DNA of 64,000 bases from Myxococcota bacterium (GCA_965250285.1 OZ252299.1:4736001-4800000), one strand, 5' to 3'; shown: positions 38,290 through 48,055, counted from the first letter of the stretch. Notes: generated by a model not told the origin, from the sequence alone. Translations and numbers: made by a program.

Positions 38290-38571
38290 CTAACGCTCCA
38301 TTCGGCCGCCCCGGCTGTTTTCGGAGGGCCAGGGGGCGCCTGCGGCGGGCGCAGGCGCACATTCATTCTCATCGCTCCATCTGGCCGCCGCGACTGTTTT
38401 CGGAGGGCCAAGGGGCGCCTGCAGCGGGCGCAGGCACACATTCATTCTCATCGCTCCATCTGACCGCCGCGACTGTTTTCGGAGGGCCAAGGGGCGCCTG
38501 CAGCGGGCGCAGGCACACATTCATTCTCATCGCTCCATCTGACCGCCGCGACTGTTTTCGGAGGGCCAAGG
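38290..38571 (-). repeat. 79-bp tandem repeat (about 3.6 copies) duplicating the last 15 codons of fabA plus a GC-rich hairpin spacer
   Basis: Units start at 38290, 38369, 38448 and 38527 (the last is fabA's own 3' end); spacer hairpin GCGCCTGCG-GCGGG-CGCAGGCGC at 38336-38358. Confidence 0.95.
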
Positions 38572-39135
38572 AAAGTCCGGATAGTCGATGTCCTTGAAGA
38601 GGCCGACGCGCGCGCCCTTCACGGTGTAGATCTCCTGGTCGTCGACGATCACCTTCGCGTCGCCGACGATCATCGAAGCACCCGCGCTCTCGAGGGTCGT
38701 GTAGCGCTTGACCTGCAGCTCGTAGCGCACGACCGAGTCGTGGGGACGGATCTGGCCGAAGAACTCGACCTCGCCGCAGCCGAGTGCGCGACCCGTGCCC
38801 AACCCGCCGCGCCAGTTGCAGTAGAAGCCGAAGAGCTGCCAGACCCCGTCGACGCCGAGGCAGCCCGGCTGCACCGGATCACCGAGGAAGTGACACTGGA
38901 AGAACCAGTCGTCGAGGTGGATGTCGCGCTCCGCGACCAGCGTGCCCCGGCTCTTGTTCGCCGTGATCTCGGTGATGCGGTCGACCATGAGCATCGGCGG
39001 CAAGGGCAGGCGCGCCTTGAAATCGGCCGGCGGATCTTTCACCAGGCGTCCGTACGCGAATGCGAGCAGCTCGGTCTTGCTGAACGAAGTGCGGCTCAAG
39101 AACTCGTCGTAGGTGATTGCGTCGCCGGGCGTCAT
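38527..39135 (-). CDS. fabA: 3-hydroxyacyl-ACP dehydratase/isomerase FabA
   Basis: RLPLPPMLMVDRI, WFFQCHFLGDPVQPGCLGVD..WQL.GF, GRALG.GEV.F.GQ, ARVGLF. Confidence 0.93.
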   Translation of the reverse strand: MTPGDAITYDEFLSRTSFSKTELLAFAYGRLVKDPPADFKARLPLPPMLMVDRITEITANKSRGTLVAERDIHLDDWFFQCHFLGDPVQPGCLGVDGVWQLFGFYCNWRGGLGTGRALGCGEVEFFGQIRPHDSVVRYELQVKRYTTLESAGASMIVGDAKVIVDDQEIYTVKGARVGLFKDIDYPDFPWPSENSRGGQMER

Positions 39136-40154
39136 GCGGCCTCCCGGAATCGAACGAGATACGAGCCCCAGGTCAGACCTGCACCGACGCCCACCATCGC
39201 GACATCGTCATCGGCCTTCCACTTGTCCCAGTCTTGCGAGAGCACGCTGGCGCCGCTGGCGGCGCCCGTGTTGCCGAACCACTCGGCGTTCGAGTGGTGC
39301 CGGTCGGGCGGTATGTCGCAGCGTTTGCAGACGCTCTCGAGCATGCGCAGGTTGGCCTGGTGCCCGATGAAATGGAAGCTGCGGTCTTCTTCGACCCAGT
39401 TCTCACGCAGAGCGTTGACACGGCCAGCCGTCTTCTTGATGGCGAACATCTGAACCGTGCGGCCTTCCTGATCGAAGTGACCGAGGCGCGGGATCAGCAC
39501 CTTCTCGTTGCCCTGGGGATCGGATTCGAGGGTCGATCCCACGATCTCGGCCCGCCCCGTGTCGCGCGGCGAGATCACCGCCGCGACCGCAGCGTCGCCC
39601 CAGAGCACCGCCGACGAGCGGTCGGTGTAGTCGACCGTTCGCGTCATGCCTTCCATCGAGACCAGCAGCACGTAGTCGGGGAGCTTCGCGGGATCCATCA
39701 TCGAGAGCATGTAGATGCCCGCGTAGAAGCTCGTGCAGGCCGAGTTCATGTCGAGTGCGGGCACCCCGAGGTCGAGCTCGCGCGCGAGGTTGCACGCGTC
39801 GGCGGGCGTGACGGTGTCGGGTGCACAGCCGCCGCCGATCACGAGGCCGACCTGCTGCGCGTCGACGCCCGCACGCTCGAGCGCGAGCCGTGCGGCCCGG
39901 GCCCCCATCTGAGCCTGCGAGTACTCCGCCGCTTCGATCGCGTCGGCCGGGTTCGCGTTGCGGGTCTCACGGATATAGTCGAGGGGGAGCGCCGTGCGGC
40001 GGCTGCGGATGCCGACCCGCTCCATGATCCAGTCGTGCGAGGTCCCGATGTCGAGGCTCTCGAGGAACGCATTGTCGATCTCGTTCTCGGGATGGAAGTG
40101 CCCGAGCCCCGCCAGGAAAAGACTCACTCCGCTGCTCCCCGTCGCGTTCGACAT
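39132..40154 (-). CDS. fabH: Beta-ketoacyl-ACP synthase III (FabH-like)
   Basis: DWIMERVGIRSRR, SAC, WGDAA, HQANLR, GNTGAAS, GAGLTWG (Cys-His-Asn triad). Confidence 0.9.
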   Translation of the reverse strand: MSNATGSSGVSLFLAGLGHFHPENEIDNAFLESLDIGTSHDWIMERVGIRSRRTALPLDYIRETRNANPADAIEAAEYSQAQMGARAARLALERAGVDAQQVGLVIGGGCAPDTVTPADACNLARELDLGVPALDMNSACTSFYAGIYMLSMMDPAKLPDYVLLVSMEGMTRTVDYTDRSSAVLWGDAAVAAVISPRDTGRAEIVGSTLESDPQGNEKVLIPRLGHFDQEGRTVQMFAIKKTAGRVNALRENWVEEDRSFHFIGHQANLRMLESVCKRCDIPPDRHHSNAEWFGNTGAASGASVLSQDWDKWKADDDVAMVGVGAGLTWGSYLVRFREAA

Positions 40155-40363
40155 CGGGCCTGAGCCAGATGTCTCCACCGACCCGTGTGGGCCATCGCGG
40201 GCAGGGGGCTCCCCGCGAGAATCTCATCGATCTCGCTGCCCCCGCCCATCCTGCACGAGGGCGTGGCGAAAATAGCCCCGTCCGGCTCGCGTGCGCCTCG
40301 TTCGAGTGCAAACGTCGTGCAAATTCTCGAAAGATGGCCGTGATTTGCTGCGCGTTCGGAGGA

Positions 40364-43225
40364 TTATGACTCCGAGTCATCCGGAGTCAACGCCTGCGCC
40401 GATTCGTGCCCGAGCCGCAGGTCGTCGAGCAGCTCCTCGACGTCCTCGGGGCGCATGACATGGATCTCCGTACCCTCGGGGAACGCGTGGCCGAGACGTC
40501 GGAAGTAGCCCTTGTCGGTGCGGCCCTCGACGATCACGACGACGCCACGGTCGGTCTCGGTCCGGATCAGCCGGCCCGCCATCTGCTTCAGATACAGAAG
40601 CATCTTGCCAAGCGTGTATCTCTCGAAGGGGCGCCCGCCGGCCTCCCGCACGCGCTGCTCGCGCCTGCGCCGCAGCTCGGTCGGCACCTCGAAGGGCAGC
40701 TTCTCGATGACCACGGCCTGCAAGTGGTCGCCGGGCAGATCGAGGCCCTGCCAGAACGTGCGAGCGCCGAGCAGCACGGCGCCGCCCGGCGCGGTTCGAA
40801 AGCGCTCGACCAGACCGGCGGGGTCGTCGCCGGCCCGGCGCGGCGCCAAGACCTCGATTTCGTCTCCCGCGAGCGCGACCCCCAGCCGATCGGCCACCGC
40901 ATTCATCCGGCGCAGGCTGGTGAAGAGCCCGAGCGTCCGGCCGCCGAGCCGACGCGCGATCGTCTCGATCGTCCGGGCCGTCTCCCACTCGAGATCGCCG
41001 ATGCGAGACAGGGCCGCAACGCGCAGGTTCGCTTCGTAGTCGAAGGGGCTCTCGACGCGCACGCGCCGCAGCGGACGGCCGGTGAAGCCGTCGATCTCGA
41101 GCTCGCCGAGTGCCGCGAACTCATCGCCGTCGATGAAGAGGCTCGCCGACACGGCCGCGAACGAGTCGAGCCCCTCCATGAAGGCCGTCTGGAAGACCTC
41201 GCCGGGCGCGACCGAACGCAGCGCGAGCGTCCACCGGTCGTAGGGCACGGAGAGTCGAGAGAACGCGGCCACGACACCCTCGCGCTCGCCCTCGAACGCC
41301 AGCCGCAGGCCCCGTGCATTCTCGCGCCACGACTCGGCGTGCCGACGTACGGCGCTGTCGCCATCCCCCGACGTGGGGTCTTCGTCGAACGACCACTCCG
41401 CCGCGTCTTCGAGGCGCTCGGCCAGACCTGCGAGGTGCTCGAGCCGGGCGGCGCAGGCATCGGCGATGCGGGCGACATCAACGAAGGGCCCCTCGGCCAG
41501 CGCGGGAAGCTCGAGCTCACCGAACTCGCCCGCATGATCGGCGAGCGCACGCCCCACGCTCGAGAGGTCGACGAGCAGCGCGCGGCGCAGCTCGCGCACC
41601 TCCTTCGCGGCCTCCATGCGTTGTTTGCGCGGCAACAGCCCCGTGCCGGGATCACGTTCGAGGCCCATCTTCGATGGTGCACCGAACGTCTCGTCGAGAC
41701 GCTCGACGATCTCTTCGGGGCGCACGGTCTGCGCGTAGACCTCGTCGGCGACGCCCGCGAGCTCATGGCCCTCGTCGACGATCACGTGCGAGAACGAGGG
41801 ATAGTCGGGCGGCCAACGCAGCAGCAGATCGTGATTGGCCACGACGAGATCGGCCTTCGCGAGCGCCGCGCGCCGCAGTCCGAACGGGCACGTCGGGTGC
41901 TTGGCGCAGTCCTCGCGACTGCACTGCTCGGCGCGCGACGCCACCGATGCCCGCACGAGCTCGCGCAGCCTCGGGTGTCTGAAGTGCAGCGCGCCGGGCA
42001 GCGTCCCGACCTCGCCGTGGGGACGATTGCGGGCGCAGGCGAGCAGCGTCGCATACGTGAGACGCTCTTCGATGAACAGCTCGGGATCGCACCCCTCGGC
42101 GAGCGCCTCCTTCAGGCGGCGCTCGCACACGTAGTTCGCGCGCCCCTTGATCGAGATGGCCTTCAGCTCGGGCCAGCCGAGGAAACGCGCGGCGGCGGCG
42201 ATGTCCTTGCCGAGCAGCTGATCCTGCAAGAGCTTCGTGCGTGTCGAGACGATCACCGGCTGCTTGCGCTTGCCTTCGCGCGCATCCATCACGAAGGGGA
42301 TCGCGGCGGCGAGGTACGCGAGGCTCTTGCCGACGCCCGTGCCGCCTTCGATCAGCAGCGTCTCGCCGCGCTTCAGGTTGCGGGCGAACGCGCGCGCCAG
42401 CTCGATCTGCTCGTCACGCACCCGATAGCGCGGGAACGACCGGCGCCCGCGCGCCTCGTCGGCCAACGCTGCCGCGATCGCGTCTTCGTCGAAGGGCACG
42501 GGAGCTTCATGGGTTTCACCGACCGCGACGTAGGGACTCTCGGCTTCGAAGTCGTCGCTGGGCGCGAAGCCGACACCGAGCAGAGGACGCCACCCCGACT
42601 CGGGGGCGAATCGATCGAGCGCGCGGCGCGCATGGACGTAGCGGGCGTGCCCATCCGCCGCGCCCTCGGCGATCTTCACGAGGATCTCGACCGTATCGAG
42701 CACGTCGGAGAGCGCACGATGCTGCTCGGCGCGCCCGAGCAGAATCTGGGTGAACGACTCGAGTCGCTGGTCCTTCGCATCGGGATGCGTGAGCCCGAGC
42801 AGATCCTGGGTGTCGAGATAGCGCGCGCTCTGGAGGGCGCGGTCGATGTCCTTCGAGAGGAAGTGGCGCTCGAACGCGGCGTTGTGGGCGATGATGGTGC
42901 GCCCGCGCAGCGCCTCGGCGAGCCCGGGTGCGACCTCGGCGAGCGGCGGCGCATCGACGAGATCTTCGTCGCGCAAGCCGGTCAGCCGGCGGATCGCCGC
43001 AGGCAGCGCCCCCGTCGGACGCACGAGCGTCGAGATCGTCTCGACGGTATCCCGACCCGGGTCGACGAGCGCGGCCGCGAACTCGATCACGTGGGCCGAG
43101 CGGCGCTCGGGCAGGCCGGTGGTCTCGAGGTCGACGACCGCAAGGGGACCGTGCACTTCCAGCAACGGCCCGAGCGCCGGCCAGACGCGGACGGCGGCGG
43201 TTTCTCGCTTCAGGAGGCGCTGCAC
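40364..43225 (-). CDS. DinG-family helicase with N-terminal DEDDh 3'-5' exonuclease
   Basis: DLETTG, AHNAAF, HRALSD; GGTGVGKS, KGRANYVC, Fe-S Cys cluster, DEGH, LFTS, FWQGLD, KLPF, QMAGRLIR..TDRG. Confidence 0.92.
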   Translation of the reverse strand: MQRLLKRETAAVRVWPALGPLLEVHGPLAVVDLETTGLPERRSAHVIEFAAALVDPGRDTVETISTLVRPTGALPAAIRRLTGLRDEDLVDAPPLAEVAPGLAEALRGRTIIAHNAAFERHFLSKDIDRALQSARYLDTQDLLGLTHPDAKDQRLESFTQILLGRAEQHRALSDVLDTVEILVKIAEGAADGHARYVHARRALDRFAPESGWRPLLGVGFAPSDDFEAESPYVAVGETHEAPVPFDEDAIAAALADEARGRRSFPRYRVRDEQIELARAFARNLKRGETLLIEGGTGVGKSLAYLAAAIPFVMDAREGKRKQPVIVSTRTKLLQDQLLGKDIAAAARFLGWPELKAISIKGRANYVCERRLKEALAEGCDPELFIEERLTYATLLACARNRPHGEVGTLPGALHFRHPRLRELVRASVASRAEQCSREDCAKHPTCPFGLRRAALAKADLVVANHDLLLRWPPDYPSFSHVIVDEGHELAGVADEVYAQTVRPEEIVERLDETFGAPSKMGLERDPGTGLLPRKQRMEAAKEVRELRRALLVDLSSVGRALADHAGEFGELELPALAEGPFVDVARIADACAARLEHLAGLAERLEDAAEWSFDEDPTSGDGDSAVRRHAESWRENARGLRLAFEGEREGVVAAFSRLSVPYDRWTLALRSVAPGEVFQTAFMEGLDSFAAVSASLFIDGDEFAALGELEIDGFTGRPLRRVRVESPFDYEANLRVAALSRIGDLEWETARTIETIARRLGGRTLGLFTSLRRMNAVADRLGVALAGDEIEVLAPRRAGDDPAGLVERFRTAPGGAVLLGARTFWQGLDLPGDHLQAVVIEKLPFEVPTELRRRREQRVREAGGRPFERYTLGKMLLYLKQMAGRLIRTETDRGVVVIVEGRTDKGYFRRLGHAFPEGTEIHVMRPEDVEELLDDLRLGHESAQALTPDDSES

Positions 43226-43321
43226 GCGGCAAGCCTCTCCCGGGACCGGGTCGGGGGTGGTGGACCGGGAGGGCGCAACGCCACCCGGCGTGGCGCCCTC
43301 ACCCTCTGGCAGCGCGACGGA

Positions 43322-44971
43322 TCAGACGTAGATCCCGCCCGACCACTCACGATCCTGCCGGATGTTCACGTTGATGCAGGCAGCCTTCCCGGACGCTGCC
43401 GCACGCTCGAGGGCCGGGCGCAGCTCGTCGGGGTGATTCACGTTCTCGCCGTGGCCGCCCATGGCTTCGACGATCTTGTCGTATCGCGTCGGGTTCAGCA
43501 GCGTGCCGTCGAGGCGGTCCCAGCCCATCATTGCACCCTGCGGCCGCATCATCTGGCCCCAGGCGGCGTCGTTGCCCACGATGCCGATCACCGGCAGCCC
43601 GAAGCGAATCGCGGTGTCGTACTCGAAGCCGTTCAGGCCGAACGAACCATCGCCATACACGATCACGACTCGCTTGTCGGGGTTCGAGAGCTGCGCCGCC
43701 AGCGCGAAGGGCATACCCACACCCAGCGTGCCGAGCGGGCCGGGATCCATCCACGCGCCTTCGCGCTTCACGGGCAGAATCTTCGCCGCCGTCGCGACGA
43801 TGTCGCCGCCATCGCCGATCACGATCGGATCGTCGAGCGTGCCGAGCCAGTCTCGCACCTCGGCACACATGCGCATCGGGTCGAGCGGGCTCTCGTCGCT
43901 GCCGAGCTTCGACTGCACCTTCTCTTCTTCGGCCGTCTCGATCGCGCGCAGCTCGTCTCGCCACGGCGAGTAGTCGAGCGTGACGCTCTGGTTCTTCATC
44001 TCTTCGAGCAGCAGATCGAAGGTGCACGCGAGATTGCCGACCAGCGGGACGTCGGTCTCGCGATTCTGGCCCATCAAGATGTTGTCCATGTCGAGCTGGA
44101 TGATCTTCGCATCGGCCGGGATGGTCGCACCGAAGCGCATCCGGAAGTCGAGCAGCGTACCGGCGAGCACGACGCAGTCGGCCTTCTTGAGCGCGTCGCG
44201 CCGTGCGCGATTGAAGAACTCGGGCGAGTCGGGCGGGACGGTGCCGCGCCCCATGCCGTTGCAGCACGTCGGCATGTGGGTCTCTCCGATGAACGCGTTC
44301 AGCGCCTCGGTCGCCTGTGACCACTTCACGCTCGTGCCCGACATGAGCAGCGGGCGCTCACTCGAAGCCAGGATGTCGATCGCCTTGCGCACCTCGTCCC
44401 GGTCGGGCGAGAGCCGCGGCGGTTGGGTGCGGATCGTCGGAATGTACGCGTGCTCGAAGCTCTCGACGGTGCCGTTCCACGTGTCCATCGGGATCTCGAG
44501 ATACGCGGGGCCAGGCGTGCCCGAGACCGCGTGGCGGATCGCCAGCTCGATGAACTCGGGGATGCGCTCGGGCTGGTAGACGGCGTCGCAGTACTTCGTG
44601 ATCGGCTTGACGACGCCGAGGTGGTCCATCTCCTGCAGCGACCCCTTGCGCAGTTGCGAGAACGGCCCCTGGCCGCCGAAGACGAGGATCGGCGAGTTGG
44701 CGCGCCAGGCATTCGCGATGCCGGTGACGCCATCGGTCACGCCCGGGCCGGCGGTGATGGCCGCGACGCCGATGCTGCCCGGGTTGCAGCGCGCCCACGA
44801 ATCGGCCGCATGCACGGCGGCCTGCTCGTGGCGAACGTCGATGATGCGGATGCCCTCGTCGAGGCAGCCGTCGTAGAGCGGCATGATGTGGCCGCCGGGC
44901 AGCGTGAAGAGGACTTCGACGCCCGCGTTCTTGAGTGCGCGGGCAGCCAGCTTTCCACCGTGTACGGGCAT
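43322..44971 (-). CDS. Thiamine pyrophosphate-dependent enzyme (acetolactate synthase-like / 2-hydroxyacyl-CoA lyase-like)
   Basis: FTLPGGHI, DVRHEQAAVHAA, TAGPGVT, PGPLGTLGVG, GDGSFG...GND. Confidence 0.88.
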   Translation of the reverse strand: MPVHGGKLAARALKNAGVEVLFTLPGGHIMPLYDGCLDEGIRIIDVRHEQAAVHAADSWARCNPGSIGVAAITAGPGVTDGVTGIANAWRANSPILVFGGQGPFSQLRKGSLQEMDHLGVVKPITKYCDAVYQPERIPEFIELAIRHAVSGTPGPAYLEIPMDTWNGTVESFEHAYIPTIRTQPPRLSPDRDEVRKAIDILASSERPLLMSGTSVKWSQATEALNAFIGETHMPTCCNGMGRGTVPPDSPEFFNRARRDALKKADCVVLAGTLLDFRMRFGATIPADAKIIQLDMDNILMGQNRETDVPLVGNLACTFDLLLEEMKNQSVTLDYSPWRDELRAIETAEEEKVQSKLGSDESPLDPMRMCAEVRDWLGTLDDPIVIGDGGDIVATAAKILPVKREGAWMDPGPLGTLGVGMPFALAAQLSNPDKRVVIVYGDGSFGLNGFEYDTAIRFGLPVIGIVGNDAAWGQMMRPQGAMMGWDRLDGTLLNPTRYDKIVEAMGGHGENVNHPDELRPALERAAASGKAACINVNIRQDREWSGGIYV

Positions 44972-45178
44972 GGGGGGCTCCTGGGGATGGGTGGGGTGGC
45001 ACGAGAGAAACGACTCTATCACCCGGGTTGAGCCGGGGCCAACGAGCCGACTCGTCCGCGACCAAGGCCCGAAACCGCGCCCCAAATGCAGGAGAGGCGG
45101 ACCCGGGGGTCCGCCTCTCCATGGATCATCGGCGCTGGTCGCTCGGCGGTGCGCACGCGCGCCGAGCGGGGCGTTCGG

Positions 45179-45694
45179 TCATTGAACGGCCTTGAAGACC
45201 GCGCGTCGGTTCTTCGCCCACGCCGTCTCGTTGTTGCCCTGCACGGCCGGGCGAAGCTCGCCGTAGCTCACGATGGTCAGCTGCCCATCGTCGACGCCGA
45301 GGTTCTCGAGGTAGCGACGCACCGAAGCGGCGCGGCGCTCACCCAGCGCGAGGTTGTACTCTTCGCTGCCCCGGTTGTCGGTATGGCCTTCGATCACGAT
45401 GTTCGCGCCGGTCTCCTTGAGCAGTTCCGCACCCGCGCGGAGGCCCTGCACGTAGTCGGACTTGATGTCCGACTTGTCGAAGTCGAAGTAGACCGTCGCG
45501 ATCTCGATCTCGACGACCGTGGGCATCTCGGCGGCCGCCGCGCTGGCGTCATCCGCCGTGTCGTCGAACTCACTCGGAGCCGTCTCGGGCACCTCTTCTT
45601 CGGGCGTCGACTGACAAGCGGCGGTGAAGAGAAGGAGCGCGGCCACCATCGCCAGCATCGACGCTTTGCGGCTGATGCGAATGAATCGAGTCAT
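45179..45694 (-). CDS. pal: Peptidoglycan-associated lipoprotein (OmpA family)
   Basis: Lipobox TAAC; VYFDFDKS, IEGHTDNRGSEEYNLALGERRA, VSYGE.RP, AWAKNRRA. Confidence 0.88.
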   Translation of the reverse strand: MTRFIRISRKASMLAMVAALLLFTAACQSTPEEEVPETAPSEFDDTADDASAAAAEMPTVVEIEIATVYFDFDKSDIKSDYVQGLRAGAELLKETGANIVIEGHTDNRGSEEYNLALGERRAASVRRYLENLGVDDGQLTIVSYGELRPAVQGNNETAWAKNRRAVFKAVQ

Positions 45695-46062
45695 GTATCC
45701 CTGCTTTCCTCAAGTTGTCAGGCCGTCATTGCGTGCCTGAGGTTTCGGGGGGGCAGCCGTTCCGGGCAGGATGCGGGCTTTCCAGCCCGAATCGAACCAG
45801 GACGGCGGCAATGATGTGGTGTCCCGTGGTTCTCTGCAAGCGGTGAAGCCTGCGAGTCGCACCCGATCGGGCCGTTCTGCGGCACATGTCGGCAATCACA
45901 CCCGCAGCCCGCGCCCCGATTCGGATGTCCAGCGGCCCCACTCCGCGACCTGGATCACACCGAGGCGGATTCGGCCGCACAGTCAGCAGTGATCAGGGCT
46001 CGGGTTCGGCTGGCGAGCGACCGGTGATCTGGGCTCGGATGCGGCTCGCGAGCGACGTGTGA

Positions 46063-46827
46063 TCAGGGCCCGGGTACGGCTGACTTCGGAAGTCCGAGTG
46101 CCTCGAGCATGAGTGCCTGCAGCTCGGGCGCTTCGGCGTGACGCTCGAGACCGTCCGATAGAGCGCGCAACGCTGCGCGGCGGTCTTCGGCATCGAGCAG
46201 CGCGCGGCCCAGCCTCGCATCCAGATCGACGCGATCGGGGTCGGCTTCGATCGCTGCGCGCAGTGCCTCGATCGAAGCCGCTTCGTCGCCCGCGGCCAGA
46301 GCGGCCTCGCATTCGAGCACCAGGAGCTGCGCACGAACCGGCCCGGCCTCGACATGCGCGCAGTCTTCGGTCGCGTCGATGCGATCGAGCAGCTCGCCGG
46401 CACCGAGCTGCGAAGCCTCAACGCGGGCGGATGCAGCCGCCAACCACAGATCGCATCGCTCCCGCGGCGCCAGCGCGCGCGTCGACGGCTCGCCGATCGC
46501 CGTCGCCCGGTCGTCGAGCGCGACTGCCTCGTCGAACGACTGCTGAGCGATACGGACGCGCGCGAGGCCATCGAGCACGCGGGGATCGTCGGGCAACGCC
46601 TCACCGGCCTGTTGATACTTCTTGGCCGCGTCTTCGAGGCGACCGCGCGCAGCGGCGACGTCGGCCTCCTGCAAGGCGCGCTCTGCCGCCTGGTTCGACT
46701 TCGCAGACGGGTCGGCCGGATCGGCCGGACCGAGCAGCGCCTTGCAGCCGAAGGCACCAAAGGCTGCCAACAGGGTCAGGATCAGAGGAAGCCGACGGCG
46801 AACGCCGTCGCGATCGCGTCGAGTCAT
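46063..46827 (-). CDS. TPR-repeat lipoprotein
   Basis: Lipobox AFGC; helical TPR-like repeats; ATGA overlap with the upstream gene. Confidence 0.75.
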   Translation of the reverse strand: MTRRDRDGVRRRLPLILTLLAAFGAFGCKALLGPADPADPSAKSNQAAERALQEADVAAARGRLEDAAKKYQQAGEALPDDPRVLDGLARVRIAQQSFDEAVALDDRATAIGEPSTRALAPRERCDLWLAAASARVEASQLGAGELLDRIDATEDCAHVEAGPVRAQLLVLECEAALAAGDEAASIEALRAAIEADPDRVDLDARLGRALLDAEDRRAALRALSDGLERHAEAPELQALMLEALGLPKSAVPGP

Positions 46828-47426
46828 GAGATCGAATCGAGCTGCGTCACCAGCACCTTGGGATCGAGCCAGTGCTGGTAGTCGGTGCGCACGTCGATGA
46901 AGCGAACGATGCCGTCGCGATCGAGGATCAGCGTCGTCGGATGGGGTACGCCCTCTTCCATCACGTCGGGCCGTGACTTCAGGAGCCCGAGCTTGCGAAT
47001 CAAGGCGCTCTGCTCGTCGGTGAGAAAGTAGATCCGGTCGCGGAGACCGTACTCGTCGATCAACCGGCGCGTTCGCTCGCTGCACTGCTGTGCCGCCATC
47101 ACCCACACGATGTCGAGATCGGGCACGTCAGCCAAGGTCTCGCGCAGGTCGAGCAGCCTCGACTTCGTGAAGGGGCACCAGTCGATGCTGCGCTCGAACA
47201 CCAGTAAGACGCGGTTGCCGCGCAGATCGGACAGACCGACCGGAACGCCCTGCAGCGTGTGCAGGGTAGCGTCGGGCAACTGCTCGCCGATGCGAATCGG
47301 CTCGGCCGCGACGTCGCGTCGCACCTCGTCGTCGTAGCCGCGACTGCCCAGCCCGGTGCTGGGCAGCATCCAGTTCAGCACGAAGAGCAGGACGATCACG
47401 AGCGTGCCGACGATGCGAAGGGTCAT
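46824..47426 (-). CDS. Membrane-anchored AhpC/TSA (redoxin) family protein
   Basis: N-terminal TM; IGEQLPDATL, LSDLRG, DWCPFT, PHPTTLILDRDGIVRF. Confidence 0.82.
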   Translation of the reverse strand: MTLRIVGTLVIVLLFVLNWMLPSTGLGSRGYDDEVRRDVAAEPIRIGEQLPDATLHTLQGVPVGLSDLRGNRVLLVFERSIDWCPFTKSRLLDLRETLADVPDLDIVWVMAAQQCSERTRRLIDEYGLRDRIYFLTDEQSALIRKLGLLKSRPDVMEEGVPHPTTLILDRDGIVRFIDVRTDYQHWLDPKVLVTQLDSIS

Positions 47427-47887
47427 GTCGGCTCCTCGACCTCGGTGGCGGGCGTGGCCGGTGCGGCGGCTCCGGCCTCCGCCAGACGCGCGCCGCTGCG
47501 CGGTCGCAGCCACACCATACCCAGCGCCATCACGAGGAACAGAGACGCCTCGGTCCGCGGGAGATCCCCCAGCCAGACGGCATAGTCGCCCACGAACCAC
47601 GCGACCATGCGCACCACCGCCATCAGGCAGAACACCCACGCAGTGATGGTGGTGACCGTGCGACTCGCCTCGGGTGCCCGCGCCGCGCCGATCAGGCCGC
47701 CGCCCCAGCCGATGAGCGCACAGCCCGTGAAGGCGACGAAGTAGTAGCCGACCGGGCCCGTCGGGATGCTTGGATCGCTGAACGGCCGCTGATACGCGAA
47801 GAACGACCCCGTCAGCGCGATCCCGAACAGGAAGAACGCGAGACCGAGGGCGCCGACGTAGACCTGGTACACGAGGCGGATCGACAT
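47423..47887 (-). CDS. Hypothetical 4-TM membrane protein
   Basis: Four hydrophobic segments; ATGA-coupled to the redoxin gene. Confidence 0.75.
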   Translation of the reverse strand: MSIRLVYQVYVGALGLAFFLFGIALTGSFFAYQRPFSDPSIPTGPVGYYFVAFTGCALIGWGGGLIGAARAPEASRTVTTITAWVFCLMAVVRMVAWFVGDYAVWLGDLPRTEASLFLVMALGMVWLRPRSGARLAEAGAAAPATPATEVEEPT

Positions 47888-48055
47888 CGCCCTTATGATG
47901 CCCCGGATGAGCGCCGAGTTCTCGCGCGAATCGACGCTGAATCAGCGAGGCGATGCCCGGTTCACACGCGCGGGCGAGGTACGATCCAGAGGCCGGCGCG
48001 TCCCGATCACCCCGCTTGTTCGGGCGCTGCTCCGGCAACACCGCCGCCCGCCACG

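Noticed and set aside
38290..38571. CRISPR array
   Set aside because: Whole 79-bp units are repeated with no unique spacers, the repeat is a copy of the fabA 3' end, and no cas genes are in the window
40307..40323. Sigma54-like promoter for the fab operon (minus strand TTGCAC-GACGT-TTGCA)
   Set aside because: Lacks the invariant GG at -25/-24; could equally be an 11-bp-spaced TGCAAA direct repeat; insufficient support
40406..44320. 1304-aa plus-strand ORF (and similar long ORFs such as 2301-5279, 28382-30406, 31973-34006, 61003-63543)
   Set aside because: Shadow or alternative-frame ORFs overlapping well-supported genes; expected in high-GC DNA and lacking recognisable motifs
47165..47185. 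Selenocysteine in the redoxin active site
   Set aside because: The codon is TGC (Cys) and the frame has no in-frame TGA
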